A stretch of 64,000 nt of DNA, taken from the NCBI RefSeq assembly GCF_040938485.1, contig NW_027272190.1, forward strand, positions 620,001-684,000, written 5' to 3'. The position numbers and the translations under genes were made by a program. This stretch comes from Diadema antillarum (lineage: Eukaryota). Under the pieces are notes generated by a model, which worked only from the letters and a program-made list of their open reading frames with translations, was not told the origin of the DNA and did no database searches. Below, piece after piece: positions 54,393 through 58,805 of this stretch. Position 1 is the first letter of the stretch. Every line of letters starts with the position of its first letter.

Positions 54393-56628
54393 CCTCAAAA
54401 CGAACATAAAGTAGCACACACTAATTTTGCGTGAAGACTGAAAATAAGTAAAATGGGTCAACCGAGCCGAACTTGACTTTTTCATATTTTCTGAAAGAGC
54501 GTGGGTTCTTTTACATTACTCTCTAAAAAAAATCGAGTGAAAATTTTCACTCTTAAAGGAGTGAATACAAAAAAGAGTGAATTTAGAGTGAAATATGAGT
54601 GAATTTCGAGTGAAAATGTTCATATTCACTCATTTTGGAGTGACCTCAGGGATCACTCGAAGATTTTGGAGTGATCCCTGACGTCACTCTAAAACGAGTG
54701 AAAATGAACATTTTCACTCAAAATTCACTCCAATTTCACTCTAAATTCACTCTTTTTTGTATTCACTCCTTTAAGAGTGAAAATTTTCACTCGATTTTTT
54801 TTAGAGAGTATCCTAAAATTTGGTATCATAAAACGGGCAGGAACGTGTGTTTTTTCAGCAGTTCGCAGCAGCATCTCGCACATTTTTGGTAGAATAGTGT
54901 GATTTGGTGTGTCTTTAGAATCCCTTTTTCATTTCTGAAAAATCTTGTCCACACTCTTCACTTTCAACTCTAATAACTTTTGAAAGGATAATGCTACTGC
55001 TTTGAAAGTTGGCATCAATTATGGACAGAATGTGTTAATGAGGCACGCTTAATTTCAATTTAATTTGATAATCCCTTCATTGTTGTTTTTCTGGTGGTTT
55101 ACGTCCTGTTTTTTGTCCCATTCATCGTTTGGTAAAGATTAAGCGCTTGAATAGACATTGTACTTCAGAGCCTCTTTTCTCAGTTCACACTTTTCCTGAG
55201 TTTGTGCTTTCTTTCCAATATTTAGATAGGTTAGGAGAGTAAATTTGATTTGAGTTATACATCATTTTAAAGCTTAAAGTCTGCTCTTTCAGAATATGGT
55301 CTTAACTAAAAATTCATGTCTGGCGACTTTTTGTTTGTTTTGAGGTGCAGGGTCACATTATAATTATAATACTATAATTAAATTATGTTTGTACACATAT
55401 AATCGAACAAATGAATATGTTTTCTTCATAATCATTACAATTAGGTACAGTACAACATTTTCTAGGTTCAAGGTTCAGTGTAAAAATGTTATATTAGACA
55501 ATTTGAAATGAATTTGTTAAGCTACATGTTAAACATTTATTTGATGTTATATGAAGATTGGCCAGCCTACTTTAGTTTTTAGTGCTCTGTGATGTGTGGT
55601 TGTGTGTGGGGTGTGAGGGTGTGGGTGTGTGTGTGTGTGTGTTAGTGTGTTTATGGTCTCCCTTTTTATGTAGGTTTATCTGTTGCCATTGTATATACGT
55701 TATGATTTTTCTGATATATACTTGCCATGTCGTAGTGTTAGTGTGTGAACTTACGTGGTACCTTGGTCCGCTGTCGGTGGTTTCAGTGACTGATCTGAAT
55801 GTTCACTCAACTGATTATTATGATGGGGAATGTCACTATACATCATTGGCGTTTGGCCTTTGTGCTGCTGAGTCCAACTTATTTGTACCTTGCATAGGGC
55901 CCCACTCACAAGCCTTGCTTCTTTCGGGGTCCTAAAAGCCATGTGAATTTTGTATTAGCGATTTGTGTTACCTTGTTATTTATGTTTGGTTTTTTAATAA
56001 ATTGAATTGAATTGAATTGAAATGAATTATCAAAAAAATGTGGCCAGAAGAGTTTTGAAGTACTCATTGTGTCCTGATCATGGAACTAATGTGAAAATGG
56101 TATGACACCCCCTCCCTCCCCCCCCCCCCCCCCACCCGCCCCCTCCCTGCAGTCATGGCACACACCTAGTAATACCGTGTCTTATAACATAACAGCCACT
56201 CAAATGTGCTGCCTAGGCCTATCATGTATTAATGAACTCTAGGTTCATCTTAAACATCATGAATCACAACGCACCGAACGAAGAATAATTAGTCAAATTG
56301 TACTTTTAAAGTATTCGTATCTATTTACCTAATAAAAGGAGGGTATTCTTATTAAAGAAAAAAGAAGTCAAAAAGCTTGGTTACTTCATATCCCTAATTC
56401 CCTTATTGAAATTCATTACCAAGGCTGATTTTTTTTTTTGGCAATGTGATATTAATAGCGACTAACTGCCATATTTCATGGGAGTTTTTTTTTTTTCTCT
56501 CCTAATGCTACCTCGACAGGAATCGACTCTATGTGCCCAGCTGAATGTGAATGTGTTGGACAAAACGTGAAGTGTAATTTCATAAAGTCGTCCGGAGTCA
56601 TTCAGTTCCCTTTGGACATGAAGCGACT
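4218..56628 (+). CDS. Multi-exon gene (36 coding exons found, continues 3' of 56628): giant mosaic receptor ectodomain SRCRx3-EGF-like-CUB-F5/8x3-CTL-EGF-CTL-CUBx3-CTL-LDLax7-LRRNT; GRL101-like / type C2 LGR (relaxin-receptor-like GPCR) predicted
   Basis: Every exon listed below has an AG acceptor and GT donor, phases match across all 35 introns, and the joined 6,385 nt has no stop. CTL + LDLa array (including a CIYD..GCRD.SH repeat) + LRRNT is typical of GRL101-like receptors. The 7TM region was not seen. Confidence 0.85.
5682..6017 (+). CDS. Exon: SRCR domain 2
   Basis: LRLGG..EGRLEI..AVCDDGWD..A.VACREMGF..LDILSCDGTE..CDH..NC..EYAGVSC. Phase 1/1; alternative in-frame acceptor at 5690. Confidence 0.9.
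7361..7693 (+). CDS. Exon: divergent SRCR domain 3
   Basis: DIRLAG..EGVVEVFYDGSWASAC..TVC..DIRC..NSLAGC..C..GIRC. ctcag acceptor, gtaaag donor, phase 1/1. Confidence 0.88.
7980..9820 (+). mobile_element. Decayed Tx1/L1-clade LINE ORF2 (RT C-terminal half to end)
   Basis: QGDPLSP*LF, LQYADDT, GG.KMID, LWNNPLIK, WFQYKILNRIL and a CTFC...E zinc-knuckle-like motif, spread over frameshifts and stops. Confidence 0.88.
9919..10490. mobile_element. Kolobok-like non-autonomous element with long TIRs and TTAA TSD
   Basis: TTAA|aggacaggttcaccttcataaacataagg ... ccttatgtttatgaaggtgaacttgtcct|TTAA; inverted arms extend about 200 bp. The superfamily call is inferred from the TTAA TSD and RR termini. Confidence 0.8.
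10588..10803. repeat. Tandem duplication, ~108-bp unit x2
   Basis: aatgtcactttctgaata...gaactgaaacacatttt occurs at 10588 and 10696. Confidence 0.85.
11272..11397 (+). CDS. Exon: Cys-rich / EGF-like module (DPCLADACPAPSIC...HCLYP...AICRGSQ)
   Basis: tttcag acceptor; donor AAG|gtatcg gives the phase 1 required by the next exon; 5 Cys. Confidence 0.7.
12545..12662 (-). repeat. Terminal fragment related to MITE family A
   Basis: Reverse complement resembles the left end atgtgacc...aagtcgca...actgaaaata.gtgaaat. Confidence 0.55.
12810..13148 (+). CDS. Exon: divergent CUB-like domain
   Basis: Open frame ..GTLRLPDF..PPWQECSYHL..F.LYF..IWMEVFF..DFVMNYVA. ccgcag acceptor, gtaagt donor, phase 1/1. 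The domain call comes from pattern only. Confidence 0.72.
13481..13507 (+). CDS. 27-nt microexon (ECIEEDSFE)
   Basis: Strong ccctttcag acceptor and AG|gtaagt donor, phase 1/1, open frame. Confidence 0.7.
14102..14190. repeat. Short tandem duplication (~48-bp period)
   Basis: tttgcagtgacttgattgtgt..agatg.agaca occurs twice. Confidence 0.8.
14395..14573 (+). CDS. Exon: F5/8 type C (discoidin) domain 1, N-terminal part
   Basis: PLGME..IADEEI.ASS..APHNARLYGASAW.P...DPYLQ. Phase 1/0. Confidence 0.88.
14962..17087 (-). mobile_element. Decayed pogo/Tigger-like (Tc1/mariner superfamily) DNA transposon with nested insertions
   Basis: TA|ggggagacccaggagagttgag ... ctcaagtctcctgggtctcccc|TA. The minus strand at ~16460-16617 encodes YKRTSDRG..LQRGAKLV..SVRAAARAFGVDRMTLKRY, like an HTH_psq/CENP-B N-terminus. 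Confidence 0.8.
15486..15703. mobile_element. Small element with subterminal inverted repeats and a (CCCTAA)-like core; Helentron/HINE-like
   Basis: gacatatgctccggc ... ggcggagcatatgtc IR flanks ccctaccctaaccctaaccctaatcc. Confidence 0.55.
17300..18245 (+). mobile_element. 3' fragment of L2/Crack-like LINE
   Basis: LYSTLLLPYLNNGILAWGN..QKKALRI..GIFMYK..HNYPT*; similar to the 3031-3342 product; ends near aataaaaaaa. Confidence 0.82.
18384..18539 (+). CDS. Exon: F5/8 domain 1, middle part
   Basis: INLQ..NVIGLIMQGG..YWVKSFEVEYG. ctaag acceptor, AAG|gtaagt donor, phase 0/0. Confidence 0.88.
19108..19249 (+). CDS. Exon: F5/8 domain 1, C-terminal part
   Basis: VFTGNTN..F...V.TDRLRIRP...ALRLEILG. 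Phase 0/1. Confidence 0.88.
20274..20389 (+). CDS. Exon: divergent F5/8 domain 2, N-terminal part
   Basis: ACDYPL..W.IRL..STYIQ. ttttcag acceptor, CAG|gtgaga donor, phase 1/0. Confidence 0.75.
21327..21575 (+). mobile_element. ~250-bp MITE family B (TGAAGAGTTTG TIR), copy 1
   Basis: tgaagagtttgtttgcaaaaaccgataagtcca ... tggacttatcggattttgcgaacaaactcttca. Confidence 0.82.
21665..21778 (+). CDS. Exon: F5/8 domain 2, middle part
   Basis: ITYSSLVTLTRIISR..GVKSFRLQY. gtacag acceptor, gtaagt donor, phase 0/0. Confidence 0.8.
22507..22651 (+). CDS. Exon: F5/8 domain 2, C-terminal part
   Basis: HVFEQPLTGVRSLKVFPTAW..CVKLQTFGCP. Phase 0/1. Confidence 0.8.
23362..23508 (+). CDS. Exon: divergent F5/8 domain 3, N-terminal part
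   Basis: Open 147-nt frame (..CSGC..LSLSRIG..GCFFP). ttgcag acceptor, gtaaaa donor, phase 1/1. Confidence 0.7.
23940..24145 (+). CDS. Exon: F5/8 domain 3, middle part
   Basis: EQWIQVSFSQL..FKIAY. Long pyrimidine tract with aag acceptor, gtaagt donor, phase 1/0. Confidence 0.8.
24606..24741 (+). CDS. Exon: F5/8 domain 3, C-terminal part
   Basis: IHLPQFTTTSVRIIP..W..RVSFAFGG. Phase 0/1, gtaaga donor. Confidence 0.78.
25157..25849 (+). mobile_element. 693-bp MITE family A, copy 2
   Basis: Same TIRs and near-identical interior to 1516-2208. Confidence 0.88.
26176..27316. mobile_element. ~1.1-kb non-autonomous TIR element with TA flanks and internal ATTCAATTT/AAATTGAAT subrepeats
   Basis: 36-bp perfect TIR ggttttcccggccaatttcgcacttttgtcagtcca at both ends. 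Confidence 0.82.
27464..27677 (+). CDS. Exon: C-type lectin domain 1, N-terminal part
   Basis: KCP..FNNQCYRL..ECQ..GSHLAYL..VRIGL. Phase 1/2. Confidence 0.88.
28064..28263. mobile_element. 200-bp element with perfect 23-bp TIRs enclosing a tRNA-like sequence
   Basis: acagtgaaaactttgagcaaaga (28064-28086) and its exact reverse complement (28241-28263). Confidence 0.78.
28092..28165 (-). pseudogene. tRNA-like / SINE-head sequence (loop CT-AGT-AA, Thr-derived), defective anticodon stem
   Basis: Minus strand reads TAGCTCAGTCGGTAGAGC (A box/D arm) and TCGGGTTCGAATCCCGA (B box/T arm). The acceptor stem pairs 6/7; the anticodon stem has 2 mismatches. Confidence 0.7.
28597..29208. mobile_element. 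Possible TTAA-flanked (Kolobok-like) non-autonomous element
   Basis: TTAA|agccc ... gggct|TTAA; only a very short terminal match. Confidence 0.3.
29952..30112 (+). CDS. Exon: C-type lectin domain 1, C-terminal part
   Basis: WYWLDN..QCG..C..NC..ALCQ. Phase 2/1. Confidence 0.85.
30540..30662 (+). CDS. Exon: calcium-binding EGF domain
   Basis: DINEC..CSHNCVNTAGSFYCSCPHGY..C, matching the cbEGF consensus. Phase 1/1. Confidence 0.93.
31384..31556 (+). CDS. Exon: divergent C-type lectin-like domain 2, N-terminal part
   Basis: C..GRCMY..SFDSVSADC..GGRIA. Phase 1/0. Confidence 0.75.
31603..31642. repeat. (TA)n microsatellite (others at ~40503-40565 and ~54358-54390)
   Basis: Direct read. Confidence 0.95.
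31661..32354 (-). mobile_element. Diverged full-length member of MITE family A in reverse orientation
   Basis: Ends atgtgaacctgcatcacagaac / gttttgtggtgcacggtcagat; interior matches the reverse complement of family A blocks. Confidence 0.7.
32693..32822 (+). CDS. Exon: C-type lectin-like domain 2, C-terminal part
   Basis: LWWTG..ECQAF..W.PCDENFSYAC. Phase 0/1, gttagt donor. Confidence 0.78.
33105..33758 (+). repeat. ~650-bp interspersed repeat family C, copy 1
   Basis: Reverse complement of 43562-44179 across its whole length. Confidence 0.88.
34474..34627 (+). CDS. Exon: CUB-like domain A, N-terminal part
   Basis: Open frame, ttctag acceptor, AG|gtacag donor. Phase 1/2 fits the neighbouring exons. 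Confidence 0.65.
35000..35489. repeat. Tandem duplication (~245-bp unit x2) spanning a (GT)n tract and the 5' junction of the Tx1 fragment
   Basis: ggttgcgattaaatac...gaaaagcaa at 35000-35247 and 35248-35489. Confidence 0.88.
35073..38540 (+). mobile_element. 5'-truncated decayed Tx1/L1-clade LINE (ORF2 RT to end at ~37715, then G/T-rich 3'UTR)
   Basis: KAPGNDGF..FY, KNYRPITLLNVDYKI.SK, RQGDPLSPYLF, GGL...., zinc-knuckle-like region and KW terminus across several frameshifts. The 3' limit is approximate. Confidence 0.87.
39097..39317 (+). CDS. Exon: CUB-like domain A, C-terminal part
   Basis: L.F..CVDYVRVID..ICG..IRFQLLY. Phase 2/1, gtaagt donor. Confidence 0.83.
39878..40050 (+). CDS. Exon: CUB domain B, N-terminal part
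   Basis: GCG..GTVETSPFPSEF..CSLDV.VP.G..VQIE. Phase 1/0. Confidence 0.87.
40062..40403. repeat. Tandem duplication, 171-bp unit x2, just downstream of the donor at 40050
   Basis: atacattttgtttccataacattgc...gttatttagc repeated almost identically. Confidence 0.92.
41279..41465 (+). CDS. Exon: CUB domain B, C-terminal part
   Basis: SCQDRVYL..LAC..SSEVTMR..GFRARI. Phase 0/1. Confidence 0.85.
42495..42911 (+). CDS. Exon: CUB domain C
   Basis: C..PGIIASPYYP..W.L.AP..IRIVF..C..FECG..V.ITL..FRAEY. Phase 1/1. Confidence 0.88.
43562..44179 (-). repeat. Interspersed repeat family C, copy 2 (inverted relative to copy 1)
   Basis: See 33105-33758. Confidence 0.88.
44386..44613 (+). CDS. Exon: C-type lectin domain 3, N-terminal part
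   Basis: CPAGW..YGVNCYRF..SW..C..SHLVSI..E..FI..TYIG. Phase 1/1. Confidence 0.92.
44742..44779. repeat. (CA)n microsatellite (others at ~45405-45440, ~48070-48097 as GT, ~48993-49055, ~35047-35071)
   Basis: Direct read. Confidence 0.95.
45295..45379 (+). CDS. Exon: C-type lectin domain 3, middle part
   Basis: GL..FRWTDGSPMAYTDW. Phase 1/2. Confidence 0.9.
45445..45940. repeat. Degenerate array of (A)CCCTAAATGTAATA-like units
   Basis: More than 15 variants of ccctaaatgtaa / taatacattttaac at irregular 20-40 bp spacing. Confidence 0.72.
46008..46186 (+). CDS. Exon: C-type lectin domain 3, C-terminal part (QPD, WHD motifs)
   Basis: QPDG..ERC..WHDIPC..VICK. Phase 2/1. Confidence 0.92.
46280..46500 (+). 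repeat. Interspersed repeat related to ~90-270 and ~49710-49850
   Basis: Shared blocks tctcag.cattt.aaaacc.atttt.atcaaataaacgtt and ttttcatatttcaaagga.g.tt.tcattatctc. Confidence 0.5.
46999..47187 (+). CDS. Exon: linker + LDLa repeat 1
   Basis: C..CRSGECI..CDGNADCFDESDEVDC. Phase 1/1. Confidence 0.92.
47774..47887 (+). CDS. Exon: LDLa repeat 2
   Basis: CPDGFFNC.STCI..CDFKEDCQDGSDENDC. Phase 1/1. Confidence 0.93.
48839..48970 (+). CDS. Exon: LDLa repeat 3
   Basis: CPPTHFSC..CI..VCNLIIDC..DEENC. Phase 1/1. Confidence 0.9.
49858..50104 (-). mobile_element. MITE family B, copy 2 (inverted), TA TSD
   Basis: TA|tgaagagtttgttcgc ... gcgaacaaactcttca|TA; interior is the reverse complement of 21327-21575. 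Confidence 0.85.
50327..50443 (+). CDS. Exon: LDLa repeat 4 (4-Cys variant)
   Basis: FQCYSGTWIP..RCDGLFDC..EDEMGC. Phase 1/1. Confidence 0.9.
50917..51066 (+). CDS. Exon: LDLa repeat 5 (GRL101-type insert)
   Basis: CEDDQFTCLNGAC..LCIYDVDYLGYIKGCRDVSHM..DC. Phase 1/1. Confidence 0.9.
51537..51645. repeat. Exact tandem duplication, 56-bp period
   Basis: tgactcttaatagatattaaactttcttaatcaaatcactggggattttcagt occurs twice. Confidence 0.92.
52003..52122 (+). CDS. Exon: LDLa repeat 6
   Basis: CPEYHFKCPDSYCIP..RCDG..NCPNGDDELLC. Phase 1/1. Confidence 0.93.
52660..53440 (+). mobile_element. HINE/Helentron-like non-autonomous repeat(s) with diverged tandem core
   Basis: ttactcccgcc..gtctgtctgtc start, recurring gattttcaccaaa/ggggtcat core units, and a ggtctg..gagtg..ct end motif near 53010. 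The family assignment comes from recalled structure. Confidence 0.4.
53903..54031 (+). CDS. Exon: LDLa repeat 7
   Basis: CP..YKC..RCLP..VCDG..HCPEGDDELFC. Phase 1/1. Confidence 0.92.
54392..55358 (+). mobile_element. MITE family A, copy 3 (left end replaced by (TA)n, carries nested palindrome)
   Basis: Colinear with copies 1 and 2 except for a 290-bp insert; right TIR ...gaggtgcagggtcacat. Confidence 0.87.
54519..54808. mobile_element. 290-bp near-perfect palindromic (foldback) MITE with TA TSD
   Basis: TA|ctctctaaaaaaaatcgagtg ... cactcgatttttttagagag|TA; ~140-bp arms, 10-nt loop, GAGTGAA subrepeats. The insertion site is empty in the other family A copies. Confidence 0.92.
55430..56020 (+). 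mobile_element. Probable LINE 3'UTR remnant with AATAAA + (ATTGA)n tail
   Basis: Ends ...taataaattgaattgaattgaattgaaatg; no coding part seen. Confidence 0.4.
56520..56628 (+). CDS. Exon: LRR N-terminal cap (LRRNT)
   Basis: CPAECECVGQNVKC..FP.DMKRL. It ends in phase 2 within a Leu codon, as is typical before LRR exons; gtaagt donor. Confidence 0.88.
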
Positions 56629-57074
56629 GTAAGTTTTTATGCTGTCATGCTTCCTTTAAAAAAGAAAAAAAAATCAATCATAAGCACACTTCTTGTGTCT
56701 TCAAGAGATTCAAGGGTATTTGATTAAAATAAGTAATATTCACAGTCGTCAAGGTTTCCAGTGGTCACAAGCATGGAGGCAAGCGGTAACAGAGTGAGTA
56801 TGTTGCAAAACAATGATTATTATGATAATCAATAGACCACCAACAAAGAAACAGAAAAAGAGATACATTCACATCAAATATTTTAATTTACTTGATTCAA
56901 GAAGGGGATGTTTCATTTCTTTTTAATTGGTTTTCATAATTTCGCCTGTTGTTGCTTTTTATGGGAATTGATTCTTTTAAACAAATTAATCTATTCAACC
57001 TTTGCTTGCCGATGTTGTGTTTAAATGTGATGTAAGTGTGTTCCGATCGTCATCCGGGTCCGGAATCTGAAAGA

Positions 57075-57106
<32 letters not shown>

Positions 57107-57890
57107 GCAACAACAACAAAACGCTATTCGATTGGAGCGAGATAACATTCTTTAAACGTATTGACATAAGTACAATAGTGACAACAACGGTAGTATTTAT
57201 TTATGTCTTGGTGAATGATGTCATATGTGAATAAAAAAAAACACAAAAAAACGTTCCACTCTATTTTCCACTCAACATTTTCTGAGCGCAAAGCAGCGGG
57301 ATATACAAAACCTTCGGAGTCTCTAAAACACTGAATCCATTCTCATGCAAGTCATTCTTCTTTTATCATAAATCTAAAAGAACTTAAGTTATCTCATATT
57401 GATAATGATAACGATGACGAAAATTATAAACCGTAGTCTAATATTTAGGCTCATCTATATAGAAGACAACATACCGCGATGAAGGTTTGGAAGGTTTGGA
57501 CCATGTGACACTCTCAACTTTATGTCATATCATTTGAAGAGATTGATTGTTAACGCCATTTTCGCTATTCTTGCTAGTTGGAGGTATTACAATGAGGAAT
57601 ACTAGTCGTCTGAATAGCTCAAAAATTTTAAGGCGATATAATGTAGAAAAGCACTCTGCGATCGCAGACCTCCGCCAAGCGTGCAGCTCATTTCTACCAC
57701 TGATATTGTTCTTCCATAGAAATATCAGTGATTTCCACCCATACGTACTTATAGCGTTGCGTGATGAAAGTCGCCCGATTTTCCAATAAAGAAGCCTTTG
57801 TTACGTCACAAACCCTCAGCTCTGCACGGCGCGCCTCGCCCTACCAGAAACTATGTAATGTATGGCTTTGCTTCGCGAACGAAGATATTA

Positions 57891-58477
57891 GCCGGGTTCA
57901 CACGTACACCAATTAGCGGGATACAAATCTCGAGATTTGCATCGCGATCGTCATCCCGAGTTTTTTTGCACGTGTGGACAGAAAAAACCCGAAAATTAGC
58001 GGGATAAGCATCGCGATGCTAATCCCAAGAAATCTTGCGCTGGTTCGCCAATTAGCGGGATAATTGGCCCCACGCTGGTACGTGTGAACGGTCGGGATTA
58101 CAATCTCGAGTTTTTACATCCCATCATGCAATGCGCACATCACAACAGCGAGGCCTCTGCGAAGAGGTCCTTCACCTCTTTGGAGCACAACAACAACAGC
58201 GCGCGAACCACACCACTGACGCGTAAAAGACAATGGACAAAGGTAAGTGCGCGCAGGCAGTGATAGAGAAGGGCGCTGTGTGACCCAGTTTGCAGGCTTT
58301 GCTGTTATCTCTATCGGCAATTAGCGGGATAATTCGGTACGTGTGGACGCTCGCCAAATTAGCGGGATACCGATCGCGATCGCTATCTCGCTAATTTGGT
58401 ACGTGTGGACGCTCGCAAAAAAACTCGGGATGAGCATCGCGATCGTCATCCCGCTAATTTGTACGTGTGAACCCGGC
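57891..58477. mobile_element. 587-bp MITE (GCCGGGTTCACACGTAC TIR, TA TSD) inserted in the RTE 3' end
   Basis: TA|gccgggttcacacgtac ... gtacgtgtgaacccggc|TA; internal aattagcgggat/atcgcgat subrepeats. Confidence 0.88.
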
Positions 58478-58482
58478 TACTA

Positions 58483-58805
58483 GGGAGCTTTAGATTTTAG
58501 ACGCGCGGACGTTCAAAGGAAAAAAAAAACATGTTCTGAGCTTGCGCAGTAGCGCGCGTAAAGTCAATCTATTTTTAGCTTGCGTCGCCTGAGTTTTTCA
58601 CTACGCGTACTGGGCTATTTTCACGTCCGCACAGTTTGCGACGTAGAGAGCTTCTTCATGCACTGATCATGTGGGGTGCGATTTTATTTTTTATACGTTA
58701 CGTCCCAGCGTAATCTAAAGCTGCTTTTCCACACGACGCAGGGAGAGGAGAACGTCCAGCGCAAGCGTCGGCTCAAACGTCCGCGCGTCAAAATCTAAAG
58801 CTCCC
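58483..58805. mobile_element. 323-bp MITE (GGGAGCTTTAGATTTT TIR, TA TSD) inserted in the RTE 3' end
   Basis: TA|gggagctttagattttagacgcgcggacgtt ... aacgtccgcgcgtcaaaatctaaagctccc|TA. Confidence 0.88.

Noticed and set aside
56754-56793. Candidate first LRR exon (FPVVTSMEASGNR) with a gtgagt donor
   Set aside because: The acceptor is weak, the length is atypical, and it duplicates the pre-LRR segment already encoded by the LRRNT exon.
57365-57436. INLKELKLSH LRR-like peptide
   Set aside because: No suitable acceptor or donor, and in-frame stops on both sides.
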